DNA from: a virus
Lineage: Duplodnaviria; Caudoviricetes
Virus record (IMG/VR): IMGVR_UViG_3300022221_000009
Coordinates: 1-57,503 of that record
Strand: one strand, 5' to 3'
DNA: 57,503 nt
Shown here: piece after piece, positions 44,922 through 55,222 of the stretch
How positions within the stretch are numbered: the stretch's first letter is position 1
Layout of the letters: every line of letters begins with the position of its first letter
Translations under genes and position numbers: made by a program
Notes under the pieces: model-generated
Seen by the model: the letters and a program-made list of their open reading frames with translations, nothing else
Database searches by the model: none
Told to the model about the DNA's origin: nothing

Positions 44922-46481
44922 TTATTTTTCTTGTAAGAATTTCAAAGTATGAACATGGAAGTTACTATCGCCGGTTACAGCCCCATTATTAAATGACTCT
45001 GCCAGCACTATGTAATAAGCGTATGTCGTTCCACTAGGCAAATTTGTGGTTACCGTTCCAAGTAACGATCCATTTTGATAAAACTTAGCATTAACCCCTG
45101 AAGTAAATATAATCTCAAATTCATTTGTAACAGGCACTGTAAAGCCGGTAGTCAAAAGACTTGTAGTACAGGTTGTACCATCACAACAAACACCGTATAG
45201 ATTGCCACTTTGAACCAGAAAGTAAATTGATCTCCATGTTCCTGTGTACGATACACGACCAAACCCAAACCGTACTTCATGGTTTGCAAGTGTTGCATCT
45301 GTATCAAATTCCAGTATCGCTCGAAGCCTTCTGTTTTTATTCCAGGTAATCTTAGTTAAATTTTGTTGCTGACCTAATTGGGCGGTTGCTCTATCAAAGT
45401 TATTAATCCCTGTGTAAAGCCTTAAAAAACCTGCTCCACCAGACTTTTCCGTTGTTGCCGTTCCATTTGTACTTATTGCCCAATTTGCGTATCCGCCACT
45501 AAAAGAATAGTAAACAGCCTCATTATTATATGAGTCCGATCCTAAAAACTCAGTATCGACCCCTAGTGTTATCTCCCCTGTACTCGACTCGAACTTAATG
45601 TATTTTTCAGCACCATTCCCTGCATAAAACCTTGGATTTCCCGTGTTGTAATCAAGCTGGATACCAGATGCACCAAACGCACTGCCGCCTAGCGTCAACT
45701 TACCGGTCATGATCAACGCTGCTGTAATGGTCCCAGCTAATATTTTATTTGCACTCAAACTATCCACCTTTGCATCTGTTATGGCTAAATCTGCTATCTG
45801 GGCTGTACCTACTGACAAAAGACCAATCTTTGCGGTTACCACAGCAAGATCAGCAATCAACGCACTGGTGATCGCTGCTAATTTAATCTTTGCTGTCCCA
45901 ATCGATAGATCTTCTAAATCATTTTCGGCAACCTGGCTGGCTGTTACCACGGACCCTTTAATCGCGTTATAATCACCATCTTTATTTTTATTTGAGACAA
46001 ATCGCACCCAGTAATAATAAGTTACCCCTGTTCCAATATCATCAACATACAAAAAGTGCGGTGAGTTGCCGATTAACTCTGCCTGACCAATATCATCTAC
46101 CGACGCGCGATAGATTTCGGTATACGCATGATTACTGTATTGGCTGCGCGGATCCTTCCATTTAAGAATCACCACACCAATCGCCGCTGCGGCCTCAAAG
46201 TTTTCCGGCCTGGGTGGCCTGTCTAAATCAGGCGGACTATCAATAGTCGGCGCATTATCATTCACTAACTTGTCAGCGGATTGCAGTGTGCCCGTTTTTC
46301 CGCTAGTGGTATAACCAGCTTTTTGTAGTTCACGTATCGTTACAAACCGATCAACTACATCACCCGTAAAACCGGAACGAACCTCAATATGCTGCTTGAC
46401 CGAATCAAGGAAAGATTTTAATGCCGGATCGATATTATCCGGTATCTGTAGACCGGGCAGTAATGTTTGACGTTTAGCCAT
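44922..46481 (-). CDS. Tail tip/host-specificity protein
   Basis: FN3-like YYYWVRFV, IGTAKI/ITSALIAD repeats and a C-terminal beta-sandwich. Confidence 0.7.
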   Translation of the reverse strand: MAKRQTLLPGLQIPDNIDPALKSFLDSVKQHIEVRSGFTGDVVDRFVTIRELQKAGYTTSGKTGTLQSADKLVNDNAPTIDSPPDLDRPPRPENFEAAAAIGVVILKWKDPRSQYSNHAYTEIYRASVDDIGQAELIGNSPHFLYVDDIGTGVTYYYWVRFVSNKNKDGDYNAIKGSVVTASQVAENDLEDLSIGTAKIKLAAITSALIADLAVVTAKIGLLSVGTAQIADLAITDAKVDSLSANKILAGTITAALIMTGKLTLGGSAFGASGIQLDYNTGNPRFYAGNGAEKYIKFESSTGEITLGVDTEFLGSDSYNNEAVYYSFSGGYANWAISTNGTATTEKSGGAGFLRLYTGINNFDRATAQLGQQQNLTKITWNKNRRLRAILEFDTDATLANHEVRFGFGRVSYTGTWRSIYFLVQSGNLYGVCCDGTTCTTSLLTTGFTVPVTNEFEIIFTSGVNAKFYQNGSLLGTVTTNLPSGTTYAYYIVLAESFNNGAVTGDSNFHVHTLKFLQEK

Positions 46482-48583
46482 TATTCGTTTGGTAACCCGG
46501 CAATGTCGTCGGGTGTTTCCCCAAGCAAAATTTGTTTAACCACATCCGTGCCACTGACATTGGCGTAATATCGTGTCGCCAGATAACCGTCAGGCAAAGG
46601 GAATATTTCACCGTTTGTCACAACCTCGGTATGCTTTAACACATCGTCGGCATACAACTTAAAGGTTAAATCCGTGTAGGATTCTGCGATAACCTGTGCA
46701 GCTCCCAGATTGATCGGACTTGAGGCCCGAAAGGCTTTGGATTGCCATTCATGCGACAGCAGACTTAAACTATCAAACCGCTGTACCTTGTCATCGATAA
46801 TCAGGTACAGGCTGTCGGTTTCTACATCGGTCCAGCCACCATCGGCATATAATCCCAAATGTACAAAGGCCTGATTTTTCTTAAAAGGATCAAATATGAA
46901 TCCGGCTTGTGTCGTGCCATTATCATAAAAACCGATATACTGGTTATTGTAATAAAACCCCCTGATTGACTTCGGATTAAAATCAGACCATTGATCGCGC
47001 GTAAAGTAATCATCTGTCGCAATACGGATCCCGTTGACACCAATCGCAATCAGTCCGTCTTGACTGGCATATGCCACACCAAGGTCACCAAGCGAAACGA
47101 TACTTTCCTCGCTCACGCAGGCCTGTTCAAGCTGGGCCTTGGCCGGTGTTGTTGTCAGCGGATCGACCGCCGACATAACGTAAGGCAGCCCACGGGTACA
47201 AACAACAATAGTCTGCAGATAATACCCCAGTCCAACCGGCTCATAATCTGTCGTTTTTTTATAATCTGTCGGCCAGGCATGCGGCATATTGGGCACACTC
47301 ATGCACACCTGATTCTTTGATATTCCTGCCAGCACACCATTGGGCAAGGAGATCAAACCCTTCAAGTCGGTCGGTGGTGGCAACCAGTCCTCAGTCGGCA
47401 AGATTTCATTTAGTTCGCTGTCCTTTTTGGTGTCGTTATACGTCGTGACAGCAAGTGCAATCTCGTCGACATACTGATATTCGGCATTGAACGTGCCAGT
47501 ATTCAAGCGGTATATTCGCTTACGGTCCAGGTTATAGCCGCCGCCCGGCCCCGTATCCATCGCGCTTAGATCGACCTGCTGATCAAATCCGGCCGCAACA
47601 ACAACCGAATCCGGCGATGGCGGGCCTTCTTCACCTACGACAGAAACATACGTGTAAACATAGGTCCGCTCCTCAATATCACCCTCATCATAAATCTGTT
47701 TCCAGGTGCCACCACTGGTGTAAGTGGTATGGTTAACCCCATCCTCAGCATCGAGATAGAAGATGTCAGCATTGATGACGGTTACTCTAAATTCCCGATC
47801 ATTGATTTCTGTCATGCCACCGACACCAGTAATCAATACCAGATCGTTATCCTCCAAACCGTGCGCCGTGCTTTCAATGGCGACCGGGTTACTCTTGGTG
47901 GCATCGATAATAGAGCCTGTCCGATCAACCAGAACAACTGTCGCAGCCGTAGCAGGTGCCGGCACACCCAGGTTGTATGAATTATTGGGATAGTCTGTAC
48001 CGCCGCCTGATACCGCTATCGGGCTATAAGTCATCTTGGGTCCACCATCCCCGGTGTAATACACACGCTCTGTGGTATCTGCTGCTATCGCCCCTTTCAC
48101 AATATTGACCAGGGTAGTCCAATGGAACCAATAGCCGTTTTCATAGAACCAGTATCCGCCACTCGTGTAAGCAGCGTAACCCGTGCCGTTGACCCCATCC
48201 AGCGTAAAGGTGTCCACGCCGGTCACAGTGATAGCAAAGGTTAAATCATTGATTTCCGTCATACCGACCACACCGGAAATAAACACACGTTCCCCCGTTG
48301 TGCGGCCATGACCAACGCTGGTAATACTGACCGGATTGGCTTGTGTTGCCCCGGTTATCACGCCCTCAGCGTCCTTGCCGGCCACGGAACCCCACCGATA
48401 GATAGTCTGTTTCGTGCCTGCTTTAGAGGGCTTATTGACGGCCTGCACCCCTTTAAATGACTGAATTTTGCCGTTCAATAACTTGGTGTTTTTGGCATAC
48501 GACGCATAGGTGCGCGGTAGCAATTCATCCGACTTCGCGGGAATCATCCCTTTGAAATCAAGAATACGAATAGCAACCATCAA
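46481..48583 (-). CDS. Tail nozzle/stabilisation protein with two inserted E1-FCCH-like repeats
   Basis: YVYTYVSVVGEEGPPS, PHAWP, YASQDGL; two ITGATQANP...HG...GMTEIN repeats. Confidence 0.75.
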   Translation of the reverse strand: MMVAIRILDFKGMIPAKSDELLPRTYASYAKNTKLLNGKIQSFKGVQAVNKPSKAGTKQTIYRWGSVAGKDAEGVITGATQANPVSITSVGHGRTTGERVFISGVVGMTEINDLTFAITVTGVDTFTLDGVNGTGYAAYTSGGYWFYENGYWFHWTTLVNIVKGAIAADTTERVYYTGDGGPKMTYSPIAVSGGGTDYPNNSYNLGVPAPATAATVVLVDRTGSIIDATKSNPVAIESTAHGLEDNDLVLITGVGGMTEINDREFRVTVINADIFYLDAEDGVNHTTYTSGGTWKQIYDEGDIEERTYVYTYVSVVGEEGPPSPDSVVVAAGFDQQVDLSAMDTGPGGGYNLDRKRIYRLNTGTFNAEYQYVDEIALAVTTYNDTKKDSELNEILPTEDWLPPPTDLKGLISLPNGVLAGISKNQVCMSVPNMPHAWPTDYKKTTDYEPVGLGYYLQTIVVCTRGLPYVMSAVDPLTTTPAKAQLEQACVSEESIVSLGDLGVAYASQDGLIAIGVNGIRIATDDYFTRDQWSDFNPKSIRGFYYNNQYIGFYDNGTTQAGFIFDPFKKNQAFVHLGLYADGGWTDVETDSLYLIIDDKVQRFDSLSLLSHEWQSKAFRASSPINLGAAQVIAESYTDLTFKLYADDVLKHTEVVTNGEIFPLPDGYLATRYYANVSGTDVVKQILLGETPDDIAGLPNE

Positions 48584-48835
48584 TTAATCCCTGCGATCCA
48601 ATAATTCAATCAATGTGTTGTGCCGCTTTGCGCATGCGTCGTAGATCTGATCGTTCTTCAGCCCAGTTCTGAGCAACGTGGAACGTCTGCCGTCTGCGGC
48701 TGGCAGCAAGGTTTCTGCGCATCTGACACGCATATTGGCGGGTACGGGAGCGCATTCACTGTAGACGGTTGGCGTTGAACAACCGCAAAGCATCAGTATC
48801 AAAACAGACAGGATCGTCACTTTGTAATTCAACAT
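48584..48835 (-). CDS. o-spanin (Rz1-like lipoprotein)
   Basis: Lipobox LCGC; overlaps the i-spanin 3' end; C..RH..L C-terminus. Confidence 0.7.
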   Translation of the reverse strand: MLNYKVTILSVLILMLCGCSTPTVYSECAPVPANMRVRCAETLLPAADGRRSTLLRTGLKNDQIYDACAKRHNTLIELLDRRD

Positions 48836-49037
48836 AGCGAATAACCTCATTTTCTTGTTTCTCGGATTGTTTACGTCCTGATTGCAGTAGCGTTTCCAGC
48901 TCCATGGACTGACGGACAGAGTCACGAATTTCCTTCTCTTTGGCATCGAGTGCCTGGCTCAAATCATAACCATGACGCCAATCTGCAATTGTCCAGGTCG
49001 CAACAGCCGTTACCATAACTAAAGCAAGGTATTTCAT
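48756..49037 (-). CDS. i-spanin (Rz-like)
   Basis: N-terminal TM helix, coiled coil, VIRYV...C.D..LRLFN. Confidence 0.7.
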   Translation of the reverse strand: MKYLALVMVTAVATWTIADWRHGYDLSQALDAKEKEIRDSVRQSMELETLLQSGRKQSEKQENEVIRYVELQSDDPVCFDTDALRLFNANRLQ

Positions 49038-49393
49038 ATTACCCAGCCAATCAGCCTGTAAATCAGCCATACCATGCCAATAAAAATAATGACAAACACA
49101 ATCGGATGGTCGTTTGATTTATAATTATCAAAGTCGCGCTTTTTCGATTGACAGTGATTCTTGTCGATTAGATGCAATATCTTGCAACCGTAATAAGCAA
49201 ACGCATTACTGCTCATATTCTTAGCCATCCGTGAACTCATGGTTTCACGCGGATCACCAAACAAGATGGTGTTTGCCAGAATATCGAGCTTGATCAAGAT
49301 CCAAACAATATAATTTCTATTTGAGCCACCCATGAAGGCAGAAAAAAAGCCCCGAAGGGCTTTAGTTACATTCAAAAACCAATCTGTAATCAT
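49034..49393 (-). CDS. Membrane protein in the lysis cassette
   Basis: LD..AN...GDPRETMSSR...D.NHC motif; hydrophobic segments. Confidence 0.6.
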   Translation of the reverse strand: MITDWFLNVTKALRGFFSAFMGGSNRNYIVWILIKLDILANTILFGDPRETMSSRMAKNMSSNAFAYYGCKILHLIDKNHCQSKKRDFDNYKSNDHPIVFVIIFIGMVWLIYRLIGWVI

Positions 49394-49605
49394 GTATCTT
49401 CTCCTGTCTGTTTATCTCGATAGGCTTCAGAAAACTTGCTGACACCTTCGCTTGCAATGTAAGTAATCACCGATCCGTTAGTAACATACAACCACGCAGT
49501 TTCTGTGATCACGTGAAAAACGAGAAAATCACTCGCTACAGCAAACACACACAGAGCAAGCCATAAGCGGGTACTTTTGCCGCCTTTGTAATCAAGATTT
49601 TTCAT
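49390..49605 (-). CDS. Small two-TM protein (holin-like)
   Basis: KSTRLWLA...; two hydrophobic helices. Confidence 0.5.
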   Translation of the reverse strand: MKNLDYKGGKSTRLWLALCVFAVASDFLVFHVITETAWLYVTNGSVITYIASEGVSKFSEAYRDKQTGEDT

Positions 49606-50102
49606 TGCGCACCCTCCCGAATAAAATCACGCCAGTTCGCATCCGGCGCTTGCAGGTGTGGAAATTCTTTAAACGATCGCCAGGTACCAGCCCACTCTAA
49701 GCCGGAAGCCATTGCTATTTTACCGTAGGTTTGCCATAACGGATCTTTTTTACTCCAAACTGGCTTGCCACCCACCATCGGACAGCCATCCAGAGCTAGA
49801 TGATAATGGTGATTAGACTGTCCAGGACCAGCATATGTTTTTATTTTATCTCCCATCTGCGGTCCAACATCAATTAAAATTTGACTTAAATCAGGCCGAT
49901 TCCACTTCCGATCAAGTTCATCAACCTTTACCATAATTTTGGCTAATGTTCTTCCTTCACGGAATAATTTAGCCTGTTCTACAAAATCTCGATAAGTGCA
50001 GTAAATCAAAAAAGAAAAACCAGCTTTATTGCTGGCTTCTTTCATATTGTAGACTTTTTCCCTTGTGTCAGGTTCAAGGTCACTTAGTTTTCGACTAGCC
50101 AT
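49602..50102 (-). CDS. Endolysin, M15-family peptidase
   Basis: YR...EQ..L, PGQSNH...A.D, W.G.W.SFKE.PH.Q; start re-called to MASRKL. Confidence 0.88.
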   Translation of the reverse strand: MASRKLSDLEPDTREKVYNMKEASNKAGFSFLIYCTYRDFVEQAKLFREGRTLAKIMVKVDELDRKWNRPDLSQILIDVGPQMGDKIKTYAGPGQSNHHYHLALDGCPMVGGKPVWSKKDPLWQTYGKIAMASGLEWAGTWRSFKEFPHLQAPDANWRDFIREGAQ

Positions 50103-50103
50103 A

Positions 50104-50409
50104 TTATTTCCCCTCACGAATGGCGCGAGACAATTTGATGAATTGTTCAATTAACCGGACACCACCCAGTCCACCCAAACCGCCGAGTATCAACATCTGG
50201 TAAAAATCCATTTGTTGCAGCATCCCGAAGGAATACAAAATCACAGCACCGACAATAGCCAGACACACCTCACCTGTGAATTTTCGCCAATCAAAAGGCT
50301 CATTTGATACCAGGATACGACCGATGGCGGCGACCATAAACAAACCAATCATCGTCAGCATAGTCTTATCAATTCCGGTGGCATGATTTATGATCTCTTT
50401 TTCGGACAT
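50104..50409 (-). CDS. Holin
   Basis: Three TM helices directly upstream of the endolysin. Confidence 0.75.
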   Translation of the reverse strand: MSEKEIINHATGIDKTMLTMIGLFMVAAIGRILVSNEPFDWRKFTGEVCLAIVGAVILYSFGMLQQMDFYQMLILGGLGGLGGVRLIEQFIKLSRAIREGK

Positions 50410-50419
50410 ATTTTTTCCT

Positions 50420-52159
50420 TTAGTGAATGGTTACATCTGTTATTATTTGTGGAACGCTTACTTTTTCATCTAAAACATCTATCGATACAGTTGTTAAAGT
50501 ATTAATATTTTCAATTATATTTGTTGTATAAGCTTCTATTTTGTCTATTTCAGTATACAAATAATATATCTTAATCCCAATATTTCCAGGCTCAGAATGT
50601 GTTGGATCTTCCACGGAGCCTAACATTTGATCGTTAAAATAAACTGTAATAGTTGCATCAACTATTTTGGCGGTAAAATAATTAGTATCAAAGTAAGATG
50701 GATCAGGAGTATATCCACCTCCCAAATAGGTTGAGACTCCAGCATCAATCCTTCTAATATACCAGTTTTTAGATAAATGTATGGTCCCTATTTCGTATCC
50801 ACTAATTTCTGTGGTAAATCTTACTAATATTGCTACATTATATTCATAACCTAAATGAACTGTAACAATTTGATTGGCTGAAACAGGGTTTTCATTACCT
50901 AGTGTTCTTCCGTTTCCAGTATTATCCTCAAAATAAACTTTCCCTAAGCTATTAATAGAAAATTTTTCTGTCTGCAACCCGCTCCATCCACCGCCAATAT
51001 CAGAATTATGAGACTCTAATGGAACTGGAAAGCCTGTATCGTTTTTAAAAGTGTCTATTTTTATTGGTTCAAACTGAGCCACGTTGTTTTTAAACGATAC
51101 ATTACTGCTTGCTGATCGCAACACAACAGCAGACCGAGCATTAATAATATCGGCATAGATATCAAGAAAACCTACATACCCAGCTATATCTGCATTGCTT
51201 CTGAGTGCTTCCTGATTAATGCCTAATGCCATATCAGCAACAAATGACTGTATATCAACGTCACTTCTGGCACCTAAACCATTAAAACCGTGAATTAACG
51301 ATCCAGTAAAGTCCGCTATATCTCCCTCACTCCTGACACCAATACCCTGGTATCCGGCATGCACATCAGGCAATAGATAGTTGGTAATACCTGCATCTGA
51401 TCTGACGGCAGACTGACTAAACCCAACAGTAAGATCCGGCGTAAAGCTATTTACATCAACAAAACTGTGTTGCACCTCATTACTGATTCCTGAAACCAAT
51501 CCGGATACACCACCTGAATTGTCCGATTCTGATCGAACGGCAACGCCGGTAAAAGATGTTCCGCCAACAATATCTTCGACAAGCAGATTGTCAATATGGT
51601 AACCGGTTCCGGAAAAATTATCATTGCAACGAATCCCCGTTTTGTTTGCGACCGTGATACGACTAGCTGAGGTATCAGCATAACTAATCAATGGAGATCC
51701 GCTGATCTCGGGGACACTTAACTCGATATCGACTTGAGATCCGGAGGTGACCACTGATCCAATTATCGTGTAATCATTACCCGCTGTCAGCGTCTGCACG
51801 CTGCTCGCCAACAACGCATAAGTCCCTGCGTTTATACGATAAAGCTGGAAGGCTGTGGTGCCTGCTTTGCCCCAATATCTAAAAAGGTACCCCGTATCGG
51901 CCGATGTGCTAAATCGCAACACAAAACCAGAATGAGGGTTACCGTTAGCCACAGCACGGATGATCATCGTGCCTTTTTGATCTGGCCCGGCAGGTGTCCA
52001 GGTGTGGGTATACGCCGAAGTACCTGTTGCAGATTGAATGAGTCGGTTATTTAAAATTTCAGAATTAACAGTATAGCTTGGATGTTTTGACCAATCCGAG
52101 TTGAAAACAGATAACTCTGTACCGTTGACACCATTGAAGGTTTCATTATTTGACGGCAT
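50420..52159 (-). CDS. Tail fibre/adhesin with two lectin-like domains and a central repeat
   Basis: Similar N- and C-terminal beta-sandwich segments separated by VRSE/VRSD/ARSD repeats. Confidence 0.6.
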   Translation of the reverse strand: MPSNNETFNGVNGTELSVFNSDWSKHPSYTVNSEILNNRLIQSATGTSAYTHTWTPAGPDQKGTMIIRAVANGNPHSGFVLRFSTSADTGYLFRYWGKAGTTAFQLYRINAGTYALLASSVQTLTAGNDYTIIGSVVTSGSQVDIELSVPEISGSPLISYADTSASRITVANKTGIRCNDNFSGTGYHIDNLLVEDIVGGTSFTGVAVRSESDNSGGVSGLVSGISNEVQHSFVDVNSFTPDLTVGFSQSAVRSDAGITNYLLPDVHAGYQGIGVRSEGDIADFTGSLIHGFNGLGARSDVDIQSFVADMALGINQEALRSNADIAGYVGFLDIYADIINARSAVVLRSASSNVSFKNNVAQFEPIKIDTFKNDTGFPVPLESHNSDIGGGWSGLQTEKFSINSLGKVYFEDNTGNGRTLGNENPVSANQIVTVHLGYEYNVAILVRFTTEISGYEIGTIHLSKNWYIRRIDAGVSTYLGGGYTPDPSYFDTNYFTAKIVDATITVYFNDQMLGSVEDPTHSEPGNIGIKIYYLYTEIDKIEAYTTNIIENINTLTTVSIDVLDEKVSVPQIITDVTIH

Positions 52160-52164
52160 TAGAT

Positions 52165-52530
52165 TTATACCATAACCGATTTAATCATACTAACTATGTC
52201 ACCTACCGTCACAGCAGCGCCAACATCAACGGTGATACCAAATGTATCCAGTTTGTTCTGTATTGAATTTTTTTGACCATTACTTAAAATACTTTCAAGC
52301 GGTAAAGCGTCGATATAATAATTATCTGTTATAGCGTCGATTACACTGTAATCAGATACACCATCTATCGACACTAAACACCAGTTATATTTTGGAGTTT
52401 GATCGCCATTTTGCGACATCCACTGGTTTATAGTTACACCGCTCGAAACAACATCAGCAGGTAGGTCTGGTTCATAAAACAGAAATCCATCCTCTAACCT
52501 TGTTTTTATTTTGCAAAGGTAGATACGCAT
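52165..52530 (-). CDS. Hypothetical tail-associated protein
   Basis: ORF within the tail operon. Confidence 0.55.
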   Translation of the reverse strand: MRIYLCKIKTRLEDGFLFYEPDLPADVVSSGVTINQWMSQNGDQTPKYNWCLVSIDGVSDYSVIDAITDNYYIDALPLESILSNGQKNSIQNKLDTFGITVDVGAAVTVGDIVSMIKSVMV

Positions 52531-52532
52531 TT

Positions 52533-53474
52533 TTACCCAACGGCCGTTAAACCATTTGTCGGTATCGTCATACCAAAATCAGAACTTGAAGAATACGCTT
52601 CCGTATTTGAGTTAAGTTGCGTCCATCGGCCAGAGCGGCCAGATAATGGATAGGTTAATGTATTACCAATCTGATAAGTATTTGCGGCAACACCCGCAAT
52701 GGTATGAATAGTACGATTCACATCGACCATATCGGACTGCATGATAGAAATCACATCCGAATTAGCCAGGCCATGGCCTGCAGAAGTAACAACGCCGGGA
52801 TTAGCCACGGTGATATCAGTGATATCCCCGCCATTTTCATTCAAGTCCGTCCAGCCGAGTATCAAATCACTGGCTGCAGGTGCCGCTGCTGTCCCCTCGA
52901 TGATATACAGATACTTCGCCGCCAGGGTAACGGTTGTACCAAATGAAATATTGTCGCAATCAAAAGAACGACGCTTACCGTCAGTAATCACAGTATTGTT
53001 GGTCAGGGCCTGCCGGACATACCCAGTCTGCGCGCTGATCTCCAGTGTTTCATAGCCTGTGCCACCACTGGTGTACGCGGTGAAGCCGGTACCATCAACA
53101 TCCGTATTGGTGTAACTGTTAGCCCCATTCACCGCGACAGTCTGTAATGAATACGTGTCAGCCGATAAAGTCGTAATATGATACGTGTTGCCATTCAGCT
53201 CAGTCATGCCGACAACACCCGTGATCGCCACGTGGTCACCGGTTGTCAATCCATGGCCAACACTGGTGATCACTACCGGGTTTGCCTGGGTGGCACCAGT
53301 GATTGAATGGCTTGAGATTTGTGCCAGGTTCGCATACGTTGTATTTGCCGCAGCCGGCTGGTGACCCCCAAGCAGCAATATCGCGTAGAAATTCGCCGCA
53401 AGATCAAGATCCAATTGCGCCCGCATTATTTTATCGTACGCATTATCTTGAACAAAAAATGGGCTGAGTGTCAT
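52533..53474 (-). CDS. Virion protein with E1-FCCH-like repeats
   Basis: ITGATQANPVVITSVGHGL...GMTELNG and ITDITVANPGVVTSAGHGL. Confidence 0.7.
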   Translation of the reverse strand: MTLSPFFVQDNAYDKIMRAQLDLDLAANFYAILLLGGHQPAAANTTYANLAQISSHSITGATQANPVVITSVGHGLTTGDHVAITGVVGMTELNGNTYHITTLSADTYSLQTVAVNGANSYTNTDVDGTGFTAYTSGGTGYETLEISAQTGYVRQALTNNTVITDGKRRSFDCDNISFGTTVTLAAKYLYIIEGTAAAPAASDLILGWTDLNENGGDITDITVANPGVVTSAGHGLANSDVISIMQSDMVDVNRTIHTIAGVAANTYQIGNTLTYPLSGRSGRWTQLNSNTEAYSSSSDFGMTIPTNGLTAVG

Positions 53475-53496
53475 AATCGTGTCCTCATGCTAAAAA

Positions 53497-53895
53497 TCAA
53501 ACTGGGTTAATCGTAATGGACGGATATACTGTAACCGGTCCTCTGGCTACCGCTGTCGGCTCACTTGTTGGACTGATAATAAATAAATCATACTCAGACG
53601 AATCAAATGACCAATCACCTGTCACCGCTCCGGGTATTTTAATATCTACGGCATAAATCGGATCTGAATTCACATCCACGTCCCCGCTATCTACAACAGA
53701 TAACTCTCCATTACCCGTTGTAGACTGATGTAATACGGTTGCCGAATCGGTGTCGGCACGCATTTCCAGCATTGCGGTATAGCCGATCAGATTGATCGCG
53801 GTCCCGTCTTCATTGGTGATCTTGATACGATGGGTATAAGTACTTTCCTGATAGATATACAATTCAACAATATCAACGGGGTTCATTATGGCCAC
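53497..53895 (-). CDS. Tail-associated protein
   Basis: IYQEST...INLIGYTAMLEMR...YDLFI pattern. Confidence 0.6.
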   Translation of the reverse strand: MAIMNPVDIVELYIYQESTYTHRIKITNEDGTAINLIGYTAMLEMRADTDSATVLHQSTTGNGELSVVDSGDVDVNSDPIYAVDIKIPGAVTGDWSFDSSEYDLFIISPTSEPTAVARGPVTVYPSITINPV

Positions 53896-54542
53896 CCTTG
53901 TTCAATACAGTTAGGTTCAATGAAGGTAGACTTATTGGTAAAATCTTTCGAGGCATCAACGCGGGCTTCCGCTACTTTAGTGCCGAATTTCTCCTGATAC
54001 AGCAATGCACGTTCAGCGTCGGTCCATAGTTTGTCTTTCATCATCAGCACTTCACCCAGAGCCCCATACTCCAGGGCCTTTCGGTACCGTGTGGCAATAA
54101 AGTCATCGATTTCTGTCGCACTGTCTGTCGGTTTAATAATGACATCGATGTACAGACGGTCCTGTATTGTTTCAGGTGGATACGGGACCAGTCGCACGAC
54201 AGGTTGACTCTTGTCGTTAAACTTCAAATAGTAATAATGCGCCCAATTGGATTGAGCTTCCCGCCATGCCGGATAATTTTTATCGAGCCAGTCCTTCGAC
54301 TTGGGTAATACCGGTTCACCCATATGTTCCATCCGCTCGATACGCATTAACTCAGTATTGTCGGGCATCTTCAGAATGTACTCAGACTGCTTGCGTAAAT
54401 AGAGGGGCGTCAGTTCCTTTTTCCAGCACTCGGCATCATTACAAAGTTCAATCGCCGCATCGCGCAAGGCATTGGTAATCGTCGGGACAGGACAGCCAGA
54501 CGCATGGCGTTCGATATACCGGGTCATATCCGCAAACTTCAT
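53886..54542 (-). CDS. Head-tail adaptor/tail tubular protein
   Basis: GCP......LRDAAIELC and ALEYGAL..L.M..K.W motifs. Confidence 0.7.
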   Translation of the reverse strand: MKFADMTRYIERHASGCPVPTITNALRDAAIELCNDAECWKKELTPLYLRKQSEYILKMPDNTELMRIERMEHMGEPVLPKSKDWLDKNYPAWREAQSNWAHYYYLKFNDKSQPVVRLVPYPPETIQDRLYIDVIIKPTDSATEIDDFIATRYRKALEYGALGEVLMMKDKLWTDAERALLYQEKFGTKVAEARVDASKDFTNKSTFIEPNCIEQGWP

Positions 54543-55219
54543 GACATCACCGCCTGTTTACGTTGCGCCTTGCCTGACGGATCGTGTACCGCTTCGGCCC
54601 GGTCTTTTAAACCCAATTCCATGAAAAACGATTGCAGGTTAGCCGTCGACCGTTGCTGATTGGCCATAACAGCATTATTCTTGGCGTAGGCCTTGTGCAA
54701 TATCCAGTACAACAGTGCCTGACGGTACTCATCGGCCAAGCTGATATTGTTACCACCCCCTATTACCGCGTCGACGGGCGCCTTGGAATAGACCTCTTCG
54801 ACATGACCTTGGCTGGCAGCCGGTTGGGGGGGCCAGACATAAAACGCCTTGGGATCATCCTCAGCAAACAGGTAATGCACCGTCACACTATCCGCTGTGT
54901 CATTATGCCAATCCGGGTTATCGGCATTCATAGCGTCCATGTCTGCAATGCGAATCCCTTTGCCGGGTGTTGCACCATCGGTTCCCATGTTGCGGTTTAA
55001 GCGCAGGAACTGAATACCGCCTGACGGCAAGGCCTGTCGTGTCCCGGCAGCCAATTGAACAGCCGCAACGACGGTATTGGCCTCGGGCTTGAGACTCACC
55101 AGTTCCAACTGACCGCTATTAAGGTGACCCAATAGCTCAGTCTCTGACCAGCGAGTACGCGCCTCATCCATCAGTAGCGTACTCGCTTCGGTCAAAATGG
55201 CATCGGTTTCAATTGCCAT
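54539..55219 (-). CDS. Head-tail adaptor (DUF6682-like)
   Basis: RWSETELL..LN, L.AGTRQ.LP, FYVWPP and ALLYWIL.KAY.K motifs. Confidence 0.75.
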   Translation of the reverse strand: MAIETDAILTEASTLLMDEARTRWSETELLGHLNSGQLELVSLKPEANTVVAAVQLAAGTRQALPSGGIQFLRLNRNMGTDGATPGKGIRIADMDAMNADNPDWHNDTADSVTVHYLFAEDDPKAFYVWPPQPAASQGHVEEVYSKAPVDAVIGGGNNISLADEYRQALLYWILHKAYAKNNAVMANQQRSTANLQSFFMELGLKDRAEAVHDPSGKAQRKQAVMS

Positions 55220-55222
55220 GGA

